Source: Candidatus Methanomethylophilaceae archaeon (GTDB lineage Archaea; Thermoplasmatota; Thermoplasmata; Methanomassiliicoccales; Methanomethylophilaceae). Taken from it: a stretch of 64,000 nt of DNA. A program made the translations under genes and the position numbers. Shown one piece after another: positions 27,245 to 40,088 of the stretch; the stretch's first letter is position 1, and each line of letters starts with the position of its first letter. The DNA lies in the NCBI GenBank assembly GCA_944320495.1, contig CALUHR010000013.1:224001-288000 (forward strand). The letters run 5' to 3'. Under the pieces are notes generated by a model. That model was not told where the DNA came from, did no database searches, and saw only the letters and a program-made list of their open reading frames with translations.

Positions 27245-28984
27245 TCATCTGCGACGGCCCTTACCGCCCCTGCCGTTCCCCTTCGGCTTGGACCTCTTCT
27301 CGTAGCCGTCATCGACGAAGATCGACTCGAACACGGCGGTCTCGCCCAGCTGCTCGAACCTGGAACGGAGGAACTCCTTCGCCGCCGCGTCCTCGCAGAC
27401 CTTGGACAGCCACTTCACGGACGGGAGCGACCTGTCGCCGTACATCGCCATGTACAGCTTGGCGGACTCCAGCTCCTCACCGATGTCGTGCAGGATGTAG
27501 ACCAGCTGCTTGGAGTTGTGCTCGCCGGACCTGGCCATGGTGACCAGTTCATGCCTGCACTCGTCCATGCCCTTGAGACAGCCCCTCTTGAGCCAGTCGA
27601 GGCCCCTGGACCCGCCCATGAGCCTCGCCACCTCGACGGTCCTGTTCCCATCGAGGCCGCAGTACCTGTCCAGATGTTCGGCGTCCTCCCCGTCGTAGCA
27701 TCCGACCAGCCCGGCGGCGTCCCCGCGGGCCAGGTACATGGATGCGAGCCCTTTCCTGACGTCCTTCCTGTTCTTGACGGGCATCAGCTCGGCGACAGCG
27801 TCGTCGGAGCCGGCGACGGCCGCGTTGATCATGGGCTGTATCCAGTCCCCTCCCTGGGCCTGGACCTTCTTGGCGGAGAGGAACCTGCCGAACGGCGTGT
27901 CGGAGATGCCGAGCTCGGCGGACATGGAGACGATGATGCGGGAGAAGTCCTGCATGCCGCCCCTCAGGTACGCCTCTCTGTCCTCAGAATCGAGGTATCC
28001 CAGGAGGAATCCCGCATCCGGGAACGTTGAGGACAGGTCGGCGAGACGCCTCCTGGCGGATGCGTCGCCCTTCATGGCCTTGATGAACGCCGGGCTTATG
28101 GACTGGCGCTCCTTGGCCCTCCTGTCCATCGCCTTGAGATGGTTCTCGGCCTTCCTGGAATCCTTCTTCCTGACCAGGAGCTTCAGGCCGTCGCGGACCA
28201 TGGCCTCGTCATCGTCTGCATGGGATGCGAGAACATCGATGCGGGGGTCGTCACCCCCGATGCGCCCGAGGCGGATCAGGCTGTAGACGGCGAGAGGATC
28301 GCCCTCGGACGACCTGGACTCGAGGAACGAGCCGTCGTAGTCCGGATCGAGGGTGGAGCAGATGTAGTCGAAGGCCACGAGGACCTCCTCGGGGGAGTCC
28401 TTGGCGGCCCTTCCCCTGGCCGTGGCGAACTCGTCCCTTCCCATCTCGTGGAGCATGCGGGCGGCGTTGCTCTCGCATCCGCCGCTGAGCTTGGCTGCGC
28501 CGTGGAGGTACAGCCTGAGGGCCAGGTCCTTCCTGCCGTTGACCTCGCAGTCGATGCCTTTGAAGAGGATCTTCTCCGGGGTGGACGGGATGGTGAGCCT
28601 GACCTCCGTCTGCTCCCTCGGCCTCTGCTCCTCCTTCCCGCGCGGAGCGCGGTCGTCGCGCCTATGCTCGCGCCTCTGCCCGTGCTGATTGTCGCGCCTC
28701 CCGTCGTACCGGCGGTCGCGTCCCTGGGGCCTGTCGCCCTTCGGGCGGTCCCCCTTGCCCTTGTCATCATGGTTCCTGGGGCGGGCATCGCGCCTCTGCC
28801 CGTCCCTGCGATCCTGACCGTGTCCCTGCCCATCGCGGCGTCCGTCCCTGCGGCTGTCGCAGGGAGCGCCCCTGTAGTCCCTCTTCGGGCCCTTTCCGCG
28901 GTCGCCCCTTGCATCATCGCGTCTGCGGTCTCCGCGGTAGCCGCTCTTTCCGGAGGTTCTCCTGTCAGCATCGTCCTGGCTCAT
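27245..28984 (-). CDS. Hypothetical protein: Arg/Asp/Gly-rich disordered N-terminus plus helical-repeat-like body
   Basis: About 105 aa of RRD/GDR repeats, then ILFKGIDCEVNGRKDLALRLYLHGA (Sel1/TPR-like) and a basic C-terminal tail. Strong coding bias. Confidence 0.75.
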   Translation of the reverse strand: MSQDDADRRTSGKSGYRGDRRRDDARGDRGKGPKRDYRGAPCDSRRDGRRDGQGHGQDRRDGQRRDARPRNHDDKGKGDRPKGDRPQGRDRRYDGRRDNQHGQRREHRRDDRAPRGKEEQRPREQTEVRLTIPSTPEKILFKGIDCEVNGRKDLALRLYLHGAAKLSGGCESNAARMLHEMGRDEFATARGRAAKDSPEEVLVAFDYICSTLDPDYDGSFLESRSSEGDPLAVYSLIRLGRIGGDDPRIDVLASHADDDEAMVRDGLKLLVRKKDSRKAENHLKAMDRRAKERQSISPAFIKAMKGDASARRRLADLSSTFPDAGFLLGYLDSEDREAYLRGGMQDFSRIIVSMSAELGISDTPFGRFLSAKKVQAQGGDWIQPMINAAVAGSDDAVAELMPVKNRKDVRKGLASMYLARGDAAGLVGCYDGEDAEHLDRYCGLDGNRTVEVARLMGGSRGLDWLKRGCLKGMDECRHELVTMARSGEHNSKQLVYILHDIGEELESAKLYMAMYGDRSLPSVKWLSKVCEDAAAKEFLRSRFEQLGETAVFESIFVDDGYEKRSKPKGNGRGGKGRRR

Positions 28985-29093
28985 GGGAAGTCTGAGCGAC
29001 GACAAGCGGAGCCCCTTTTATTATTATGGGAAAGGAGGGGGCCCTCGCCGACCCCATAAACAAAGTTTTTTATAGAAGTTCTTGCATATACAG

Positions 29094-29120
29094 AGGTTGT
29101 GAACTGAAGGTTAACAACCT
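29094..29120 (+). promoter_or_regulatory. Palindromic operator of the heat-shock operon (HSR1-type)
   Basis: AGGTTGTGAAC-N5-GTTAACAACCT (10 of 11 bp match) between a TTTTTATA box (~29066-29074) and ATG 29130. Confidence 0.65.
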
Positions 29121-29129
29121 AGAGGTGAG

Positions 29130-31804
<2,675 letters not shown>

Positions 31805-31872
31805 GCCTGGGGCCGCATGAAACCCCTTACCCTCCCCCGGGAGGGTCAAACATACTGAATGAGGTGAGAAGG

Positions 31873-32361
31873 ATGAGTGGAACAGACGACATTTGGAACG
31901 ACCTCTTCGGAGGCTTCGACAGCCTGAACAGGAGGATCGAGGACATGTTCTCCAGGATGGACATGTCCGGGCCCGACGTGAAGACCTACGGGTACACGAT
32001 GTGGCAGGGTCCAGACGGTGTCAGGCACGTGAAGGAGTTCGGCAACACCGGCAGCAGGATGGGGGCCCTCGGCCCCGCCGGCGTGAAGGAGCCCTTCACC
32101 GACGTGTCCGAGGAGGACAGCGTCGTCCGCGCCGTTGCGGAGATCCCCGGCGTGGAGAAGCAGGACATCGAGCTGTCCTGCACGAGGAACGTCCTGAGCA
32201 TCAGGGTCAAGACCCCCGGCAGGGAGTTCGAGAAGGACCTGGCACTGCCCTGCGACGTGGACGTGGACTCCGCCAGGGCGGAGTACAACAACGGCCTCCT
32301 CGAGGTCACCCTGGACAAGGTCTCCCCCTCCGACAGGGGCAAGACGATCAGCATCGCATGA
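31873..32361 (+). CDS. hsp20: Small heat-shock protein Hsp20
   Basis: EPFTDV...AEIPGVEKQDI...YNNGLLEVTL alpha-crystallin domain. ATG 31873 follows GAGGTGA; this frame is hidden inside ORF 30988..32361. Confidence 0.92.
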   Translation: MSGTDDIWNDLFGGFDSLNRRIEDMFSRMDMSGPDVKTYGYTMWQGPDGVRHVKEFGNTGSRMGALGPAGVKEPFTDVSEEDSVVRAVAEIPGVEKQDIELSCTRNVLSIRVKTPGREFEKDLALPCDVDVDSARAEYNNGLLEVTLDKVSPSDRGKTISIA

Positions 32362-32445
32362 TGCCGGGGCCTCCGGGCCCCGCGGCCTTCCGCGGGTCCC
32401 GTGCCTCCTCTTCATATGTTTTTATAGAAGCTCTGACACTAGTGA

Positions 32446-33408
32446 ATGACCAGTGAGACCATGGGCAGGACCGAACTCATCAACACGACACGTGCCATCC
32501 TGGCCAAGGCGGGATTCGACGTTTCATCCGCGCTGAGCATGCGCGGGATATGCTTCGACGTTGTCGCCAGGCTGGACGACCGCGTCCTGATCATCAAGGT
32601 CCTCAGCAACGTGGACGCGTTCTCGAAGGAGAACGCCGCGGAGATCAAGACGCTCTCCGAGGCCCTGGGCGCGACCCCGCTCGTCGTTGGGGAGAGGTCC
32701 AGCTCCGGTGACCTGGAGCCCGGCATCGTCTACTCCAGGTTCAACATCTCCATAGTGTCGAACGAGACCCTGGCGGACCTCCTGCTGGAGGATTCGCCGC
32801 CCTTCATATTCGCCGCGCCCGGCGGGCTCTACGTCAAGCTGGACGGCGCCCTGCTGAAGCAGGCGCGCGAGAGCATGGGCATGAGCCTCGGCGCCATGGC
32901 CGAGATCGCCGGCGTGTCCAGGCGCACCATCCAGATGTACGAGTCCGGCATGGGCGCCATGATAGACGCCGCGCTCCGCATAGAGGAGAAGCTCGGCCTG
33001 CCGATCATCGAGCCCATCGATCCCTTCGAGTTCAAGAACGAGGAACGCGAGAAGGAGGAGAAGTCCGAGAACGCCCCCGTGGACACCTTCGCCGTGAACC
33101 AGCTCTGCAACCTCGGGTTCTCCGTCAGACCGGTGGTTCGCAGCCCGTTCGAGGCCGTGAGCACCGGCAACAGGTCGCTCATGCTGACCGCCTACGGGTC
33201 GGACGACGACCGTCTGGCACAGCGTGCGCTGGTAGCATCGGACATTGCGCGCATCATGGACCGCTTCTCCATCCTCATCGTGGAGCGCAAGCACGTGGAC
33301 AGGGACAACATCGATTCCACGGCTGTAGTCTCCAACGAGGAGCTCAAGAAGATAGACGCCCCCGAGGAGCTAACGGACCTCGTCGCCTCGAGGGGGTCCC
33401 GCAGATGA
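32446..33408 (+). CDS. Archaeal Cro/C1-type HTH transcriptional regulator (COG1395-like)
   Basis: CFDVVAR, KVLSNVD, APGGLYV and ARESMGMSLGAMAEIAGVSRRTIQMYE motifs. Confidence 0.85.
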   Translation: MTSETMGRTELINTTRAILAKAGFDVSSALSMRGICFDVVARLDDRVLIIKVLSNVDAFSKENAAEIKTLSEALGATPLVVGERSSSGDLEPGIVYSRFNISIVSNETLADLLLEDSPPFIFAAPGGLYVKLDGALLKQARESMGMSLGAMAEIAGVSRRTIQMYESGMGAMIDAALRIEEKLGLPIIEPIDPFEFKNEEREKEEKSENAPVDTFAVNQLCNLGFSVRPVVRSPFEAVSTGNRSLMLTAYGSDDDRLAQRALVASDIARIMDRFSILIVERKHVDRDNIDSTAVVSNEELKKIDAPEELTDLVASRGSRR

Positions 33409-34016
33409 TCCACGTCGCCGTTGGCGAGTGCGAGGTGGACATCCTGCCGGTGGTCAACGGCATCGTGTCGGAGTGCGACAGGGTGCGTGAGGCCTACGGC
33501 GGATACGAGTCGTACGCCGCATCCATGGGCATCGAGGGCATCCAGGCGATAAGGGCCAGACTCACCCTGGACGGGGACGCCGAGGTCAGCGAGCTGGACA
33601 TCGCGTACGCCCGCAGGATGATGGCCCTCACCGGCGAGGAGGTGCAGATGCCCTCTCCCGCCATGTGCACCCTTGTGGACCTTGTGACCGCCGACGGCGG
33701 CAGCGTCATCGCCCTGGACATGAACGACGAGGAGTTCACCGAGATGTACTGCGAAACTGTGCCAGCCTTCGATTTCGTGAAGGAGCACCGCCTGGCCAAG
33801 AAGGGGCTGAAGAAGCGCTTCTCGTCCGAGACCCCCGAAGGGTTCGCCCTCGAGTGGGACGCGTACGTGAACACCGTCAAGAGCTACCGCCAGGTCTCCC
33901 TGAACCGCGAGAGGCACATGGCGGACGAGATCAGGGACATAGCCAGATACCGCCGCAGCCTCCTCGCCGTCATCGAGGTCGAGCGCGCCGAGGGCGTCGC
34001 ATCACTGCTGAGGCGA
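33405..34016 (+). CDS. Conserved hypothetical protein (203 aa; ends at CGA 34014-34016)
   Basis: Coding-biased frame with an ATGA overlap with the upstream gene. The standard-code ORF runs a further 1 kb over the next gene, to 35078. Confidence 0.7.
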
Positions 34017-34020
34017 TACG

Positions 34021-35064
34021 ATGGCCTGCGACATGTGCGAGGAGTCCCGCGAGGCCGGGATGAGGTTCTGCCCCCATTGCGGCCAGCCCCTGGCCGCCGA
34101 CATCGTCCCGAAGGAGGAGCCGAAGCCGTTCCTCAAGACGGTCGTCGCCTGGACCACGGCCGTGGTCATGGCGCTCCTGGCTTTCGAGACCCTGTTCCTC
34201 ATCATAGGCGCCCCGGACGTCTTCGACTGGTGCCAGTACCACTCCATGGACGTCCTGGTGCTGATCCCCAACCTGGTGACCGCGTGCACCATATCGGGGA
34301 AGGCTCTGCAGCTCGCCTGGGTCCTGATCTTCGCCGCGGCCGTCGCATCCATAGCCATGGTGATCTGGAGGACGTACCGCCAGATCTCGGACAACAGCGA
34401 CGAGCCGGACTGCATCGAGAGGACCGACGCGTACGGGATGTCCAGGCTGTTCGCCGCATCCATAGCCCTGAGCGTGATATCCAGCATCTTCCTGATGTCC
34501 TTCGGGAACGGGATCGACGTGCCGGAGGACCTCCCCGTCGGGAGCGAGTCCTCCGCCATCCTCTCGTTCACCAACGCGGCGGTGTGGGAGGAGATCATAG
34601 CCAGGGTGGCCTACATCGGCCTGCCCATGGCGGTCATCGCGGCCGTGTGCGGGAAGGGGAGGGGTTCGTTCAGGTTCCTGCTCGGAGGGTTCGGCCTCAG
34701 CAAGGCCGCCGTCGTGCTGATCGTCGTCTCCTCGCTGATCTTCGGATTCGGCCACATGAGCGGATGGGGGCTGGAGAAGGTGCTCCCGACCACCCTGTCC
34801 GGACTGATAATGGGTTACGCGTTCGTGAGGTACGGCATCCACGTGTCCATCGGGATACACTTCCTGACGGACTTCCTCGGGGTGATCGCGGGACCGGACA
34901 CGATGACGCTGGCCGCGATATTCATCATGGCCATCCTGGTGCTCGGGATCCTCTGCCTCATCGACCTGCTGATCGGTCTGAATCGCTCGCTCGACGGAGT
35001 CCGCGACCTGCCGAACTGGGTCCCCGATCGGGAGAGCAGCGCCTCGAGGCGCGACAGCGACTGA
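34021..35064 (+). CDS. Zinc-ribbon plus CPBP (CAAX protease/Abi) intramembrane metalloprotease
   Basis: CDMC...FCPHCG ribbon; WEEIIARV, FGFGH and IGIHFLTD motifs. Confidence 0.85.
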   Translation: MACDMCEESREAGMRFCPHCGQPLAADIVPKEEPKPFLKTVVAWTTAVVMALLAFETLFLIIGAPDVFDWCQYHSMDVLVLIPNLVTACTISGKALQLAWVLIFAAAVASIAMVIWRTYRQISDNSDEPDCIERTDAYGMSRLFAASIALSVISSIFLMSFGNGIDVPEDLPVGSESSAILSFTNAAVWEEIIARVAYIGLPMAVIAAVCGKGRGSFRFLLGGFGLSKAAVVLIVVSSLIFGFGHMSGWGLEKVLPTTLSGLIMGYAFVRYGIHVSIGIHFLTDFLGVIAGPDTMTLAAIFIMAILVLGILCLIDLLIGLNRSLDGVRDLPNWVPDRESSASRRDSD

Positions 35065-35786
35065 ACCGCGGACTCTAGGCTCTTGGATTCGATGATCCAG
35101 TTCCCGCGGTATCCGCGAAGACGCGAGACGACGTGACCGAAGTCGATGTCCCCGTCACCTATCGTCAGATGCTCGTCCCTCTGACCGTGGTTGTCGTGGA
35201 TGTGGATGTTCACCAGCCTGTCGGCGAACCTGTCGATCATGGCGTCGACCTGCCCCGTGGTGTTGGCGTGCCCGATATCGAAGGTCACACCGAGATCGGT
35301 GCCCTCGATGAGGCTGCCGAGGCTCTCGGCGGTCCTCCCCAGGAAGAACGGGACATTCGGCATGTTCTCGATCCCCAGCCTGATGTCCCTGCCGGCGACC
35401 AGCCTGTCCAGGGCCCTGAGCGACTCCCTGGCACGCACCATGGCGCGCTCCTCAGTTCCCGGCACGGACATGGACGACAACCCGGGGTGGGCCGTGACGA
35501 CCTTGGCGCCGAGCTCCTCGGCCGCCTCGATGTTCGCCACAGTCTCCTTCAGCGAGGCCTCCCTGAGCCTGTCGCTGAGGGCGGCGATGTTCCAGTCGCA
35601 TATGGGCGAGTGGACCTGCCTGGAGAGGCCGGCGGAATCCAGGATGCCCTTGATCGCTGGCGTGTCGCGGTAGACGATGTGGTCCGCCTCCGAGAATATC
35701 TCCCACAGGCGGAAGTGCTCGGAGATCGGTCCCGCCCACTCCGCGACTGGCGTCGCGCTGAACCCGGGGCAGGACACCCCGATCAC
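35028..35786 (-). CDS. Sugar-phosphate isomerase/epimerase (AP endonuclease 2 TIM-barrel) family (ends at CGA 35030-35028)
   Basis: VHSP, TAHPG, IENMP, TFDIGHA and HIHDNHGQRDEHL motifs. The standard-code ORF runs to 34815. Confidence 0.88.
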
Positions 35787-36172
35787 GCTACGACCTCCTC
35801 CCCGTCGACGGTGATCGGCGCGACCCTGTCTATCAGGGCCTGGAGGTCCTCATCCTCGATGGTCACCTCTATCGCCCCCAGGACGGGGTTGCGGTCGGCG
35901 AAGGAGATCTTCCCGACGGTGGCGACCTGCTTGTTCAGCATCAGCCTGGTGCGGTTCCCCCTCATGTTGGAGATCATCACGGCGCGAGTGGCGTCCAGGA
36001 TGCGCTGCCTCCTGATCTGCTTCGAGAAGTGGTCCAGACCTGGGGCGGTGCCCCCGTACGCTCCCTCGCCGAGCTCCATGAAGGCGTCCGGGAATATGGA
36101 CATGACCGCCGAGAGGACCTTCTCGGGATCCTCGCTGGGGTTGACGGGGCATGAGATGCTGACTTGGACCAT
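35783..36172 (-). CDS. UPF0201/DUF54 family protein
   Basis: PVNPSEDPEKV...RQRILDATR...LNKQVATVGKISF motifs. Confidence 0.85.
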   Translation of the reverse strand: MVQVSISCPVNPSEDPEKVLSAVMSIFPDAFMELGEGAYGGTAPGLDHFSKQIRRQRILDATRAVMISNMRGNRTRLMLNKQVATVGKISFADRNPVLGAIEVTIEDEDLQALIDRVAPITVDGEEVVA

Positions 36173-36325
36173 GACGGGCAGATGGTCGTGCGCGTACTTA
36201 TCGGCGACGGACGACGTCTACTCAATTCTGGGTTGATAATTTCACAACATATTGTATATATGGTTTTTCCAGGATATAGCCAGCGTTCCAGCAACCTTTC
36301 TATACCACCCTACTCTGGGTCGGGT

Positions 36326-37549
36326 ATGAAGAACAAGGAAGGAGGATTCACGCCGACGAGGGTCACTTTGATAGCCCTCCTGCTGAGCTCCATGCTCATC
36401 CTGATGGGTGGAGCCGCCGTGGCGCCCGCGCTCAACGAGATCAAACTCGCATTCCCCGGAAACGACTTCCTCACATCGCTCATCATCACACTGCCGTCGC
36501 TGGCCGTGGCCATCGTCGGTTACGCCATCGGTGTGGCCGCCGACAGATTCGGCAAGGTCAGGGTCCTGCTGACCGCCCTCGCGATATTCATCATCGCCGG
36601 AGTGGCAGGATACTTCCTCCCGACGCTGGAGACGATCCTCGTGGCCAGGTTCGTCCTGGGCATCGGCATCGCTGGGATCACCAGCACGGTCACCGCGCTC
36701 ATCGCCGAGTACTACGCCGGCATCGACAGGGTCCGCGTCCTGAGCTACCAGTCCGCCGCAATGGGGATCGGCGTCCTCATCCTGGAGTTCACCGGCGGGA
36801 CGCTCGCCGAGATATCCTGGAGGACCCCGTTCCTCGTGTACCTCATCGGCATCCCCATCCTGATCATGGCCATCCTCTCCATGAGGGAACCCACCATGTC
36901 CGACAGGGACAGGGCGGAGATCGAGGAGATCGCCCACAAGATGAGACCGAAGAGGGTGGACCACGGCATCGTCGCGCTCTGCTATATCTCCGTCTTCTTC
37001 TGCATGAACCTGGTGTTCCTGCTACCCACCAGCATCCCCATCGTCCTCGCGGACCTGGGGGTGTCGTCCTCCATCGTCGGGCTGTTCCTGGGATTCCACG
37101 GGGTGGCGAACGCCGTGCTCAGCATCAACTACGGCAGGCTGACCACCCGCATCCCGCCCTTCAGGATCCTCGGGATGGGATTCCTGTGCATGGGGATCGG
37201 CCTGGCGGTGCTCATCATGTGCCCAAGCGTGCCCCTGGCGATCTTCACGCTGATCATCACCGGCGTGGGAGTGGGCATGATCGTCCCCTCCCTGGTGAAC
37301 ACCCTGGCGGGACAGATCTCCAGCTCCAACTCCGGGAAGATCATGGGAGGGTACGGGACTTGCCTGAACTTCGGGCAGTTCGCCATCTCCCTGATCAGCG
37401 TGCCCCTGCTGGCCTTCCTGCACGACTCCTACTACGAGATGTACTGCCTCATGGGCGTCATCGCCGTGATCTACGGCATCGTCATCGCAGCCTGGAGCGT
37501 CGGGTACTACCGCCGCAGGTCCGAAAGGGCCGTTGCCATGACTGACTGA
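36326..37549 (+). CDS. MFS transporter
   Basis: 12 TM segments; ADRFGKVRV motif A; ATG 36326. Confidence 0.9.
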   Translation: MKNKEGGFTPTRVTLIALLLSSMLILMGGAAVAPALNEIKLAFPGNDFLTSLIITLPSLAVAIVGYAIGVAADRFGKVRVLLTALAIFIIAGVAGYFLPTLETILVARFVLGIGIAGITSTVTALIAEYYAGIDRVRVLSYQSAAMGIGVLILEFTGGTLAEISWRTPFLVYLIGIPILIMAILSMREPTMSDRDRAEIEEIAHKMRPKRVDHGIVALCYISVFFCMNLVFLLPTSIPIVLADLGVSSSIVGLFLGFHGVANAVLSINYGRLTTRIPPFRILGMGFLCMGIGLAVLIMCPSVPLAIFTLIITGVGVGMIVPSLVNTLAGQISSSNSGKIMGGYGTCLNFGQFAISLISVPLLAFLHDSYYEMYCLMGVIAVIYGIVIAAWSVGYYRRRSERAVAMTD

Positions 37550-37627
37550 GCCTTGCGGCCCGGGATTTCCCGGGTCGCCGAACACCTCTACGAAGGTACT
37601 TTACCGACGGCGGACATCGGGTCCCTC

Positions 37628-39070
37628 ATGAGGGAGGAGATACTGTCCGCGGCGGCCAAGCGCAAGCTTTTCTTCGCGCCGGACGCCCTCGAGATGATCC
37701 TGTCGAACGATCATCCCATGGAGTTCACGAACACCGTCTTCTCCAACCTGTCCAAGAACGTCATGTTCGTCAGCAAGCAGGACGTCCTGGACTGCATCGC
37801 CGGGGACAAGGTCATCTTCGAATCCCCGAAGGAGATCGTCCCCCGCAACAAGTTCACCTCGGACATCCATGTCATGGAAGGGTCCGACATCACCGGCGAG
37901 TCCACCTGCGAGGGGAAGATCAACGACTTCGCCCAGTACTTCCGCGCCCGCTTCTTCTCGTTGAAGAGGCTCATCGAGAAGCGCCCGGACTTCGGCAGGG
38001 GAATGGACATCTCCCGCGCCAAGACCCTGGACAGGGAGGTCAAGGTCGTCGGCATCGTGTACGAGAAGAGCACCACCAAGAACGGCCACACGATGCTGAC
38101 GATCGAGGACGATACGGACACCATCAAGGTCTTCATCGCCAAGGACTCGCCCCTCTCCGGGGAGACATTCGTCGACGACGAGGTCATCGGCGTTCTCGGC
38201 AAGCCGAACATGCAGAGGACCATGATCATCCCCGAGAAGATCTTCCGCCCGGACATACCCCGCAACCATCAGTGGGAGCCCTCGGACACGTCGTCGAAAG
38301 TCGCGTTCCTCTCCGACGTGCACGTGGGCAGCACCACGTTCCTGGAGAAGGACTGGGAGAGGATGACCGCCTGGCTCAGGGCCAACTCCGAGAAGGAGAA
38401 CATCAACTACCTCGTGTTCCCCGGCGACGTCGTCGACGGAATCGGCGTGTTCCCCGACCAGGACAAGGAGCTCCAGATCGCCGACATCGACGACCAGTAC
38501 GCCAGGCTCGCCGAGTACCTCAAGGAGATCCCCGACCACATCAAGATGGTCATACACCCGGGCAACCACGACGCAGCCAGGCTGGCGGAGCCGCAGCCCG
38601 CGCTGAACAAGAGATTCACCACGGGGTTCGACTCCAACGTGCTGCTCCTGGGTAACCCCGTATATCTGGACATCGAGGGCAGGACCGTGCTCACCTACCA
38701 CGGCAAGGGCCTCGACGACTGGATCGCCGGGGTGCAGGGCCTGACCTACGACAATCCGCTGGCCGTCATGAGGCAGATGTGCGTCCGCAGGCACCTGGCA
38801 CCGATCTACGGACAGAGGAACGCCCTCGCGCCGGAGAAGAAGGACTACCTCGTGATGGAGCACGTGCCGGACATATTCGTCACCGGCCATGTCCACGGGG
38901 CGGGCCAGGAGATCTACAACGGCGTGCGCATGATCAACGCATCCACATGGCAGTCCCAGACCGAGTATCAGAGGCAGCACAACTTCAACCCGGACCCGGG
39001 GATCATGCCCGTGGTGGACCTCGGCACCGGAAGGATCAGGATGCACAGCTTCCATGAGGAGAGCACGTGA
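37628..39070 (+). CDS. polB: DNA polymerase D small subunit (DP1)
   Basis: OB fold, then phosphoesterase motifs SDVHVGS, GDVVDG, GNHD, YHG and GHVH. Confidence 0.95.
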   Translation: MREEILSAAAKRKLFFAPDALEMILSNDHPMEFTNTVFSNLSKNVMFVSKQDVLDCIAGDKVIFESPKEIVPRNKFTSDIHVMEGSDITGESTCEGKINDFAQYFRARFFSLKRLIEKRPDFGRGMDISRAKTLDREVKVVGIVYEKSTTKNGHTMLTIEDDTDTIKVFIAKDSPLSGETFVDDEVIGVLGKPNMQRTMIIPEKIFRPDIPRNHQWEPSDTSSKVAFLSDVHVGSTTFLEKDWERMTAWLRANSEKENINYLVFPGDVVDGIGVFPDQDKELQIADIDDQYARLAEYLKEIPDHIKMVIHPGNHDAARLAEPQPALNKRFTTGFDSNVLLLGNPVYLDIEGRTVLTYHGKGLDDWIAGVQGLTYDNPLAVMRQMCVRRHLAPIYGQRNALAPEKKDYLVMEHVPDIFVTGHVHGAGQEIYNGVRMINASTWQSQTEYQRQHNFNPDPGIMPVVDLGTGRIRMHSFHEEST

Positions 39071-39834
39071 CGGATCCGGCCGCGATCAGAGAGGGCATCA
39101 TCGCCTATTCGAGGGGACTCGGGGCGACGCTCGTCCGCATGTGCCCCACGGACAGATGGTCAGAGCATCCGATCCAGTCGGAGATGTTCCGTCCCAGGAG
39201 CATCTGGCCCTGGGCCGAGACGGCGATCGTCCTGGGCATCCCCCTGTTCGCTCCCATGGTCGCCACCACACCGTCCATGGTCTATCAGGAGCTGTACCAC
39301 ACGAGCAACCGCATACTGGACGACATGGGCTATCGCCTCTCGTCGCATCTGACCTCGGAGGGGTACCGCGCGATGTACTTCCCAAGGGACTGCTACTTCA
39401 GCGTCGAGGCACTGCTCGACCGTCCCGCTGCCGCGTTCTCCCATGTGCTGTCGGCGTACTACGCGGGCATGGGTACAATCGGGGACAGCCACAACCTCAT
39501 CACGAAGGAGTACGGACCGAGGGTCCGCATGGTCACCGTCCTGACGGACGCCATACCGGAGTGCGACGACATGCTCGATGAGGACCTCTGCATCCACTGC
39601 GGGAAGTGCCTGAGGGAGTGCCCGTCGAAGGCGTTCACCGACAAGGGAGAGGGCATCTACGACATGGACGCTCGCGCATGCACGGAGTACCACCTGGAGC
39701 TGAAGAGACAGCGTCACTGGCCCTGCGGGAGATGCATCGCCGTCTGCCCGGTGGGAGAGGACCTGAGGTCATATCGCGGATCGAAGATCGCCACCGACCA
39801 GGGGATCGGACATTGCAGAACGTACGGATCCCGA
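39067..39834 (+). CDS. Epoxyqueuosine reductase-like 4Fe-4S protein
   Basis: YGPRVRMVTVLTD, CIHCGKCLRECP and CGRCIAVCP motifs; ends TCC CGA TAA (TAA at 39835-39837). Confidence 0.78.
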
Positions 39835-40088
39835 TAACAATTGCACATCGGACGTTCTGACGAACAGTGAACCATCCTTTCTGCGGGATGTCCTCAGGGA
39901 CCATCGCAGGAGCGCTCGCCGTTGATGACTATCGAATGTCGTTCAACATTTCTGACTACGATTTCAACATAGTAATATCGATACAATCGATTGTCAATTC
40001 ATGAAATTCGACATGCAATCCCTTCGAGGGGATGCGATATGAAAACGTAGATGGTATAATCCCCGCCTTCCGGCGGGGGTTAAGGGGT

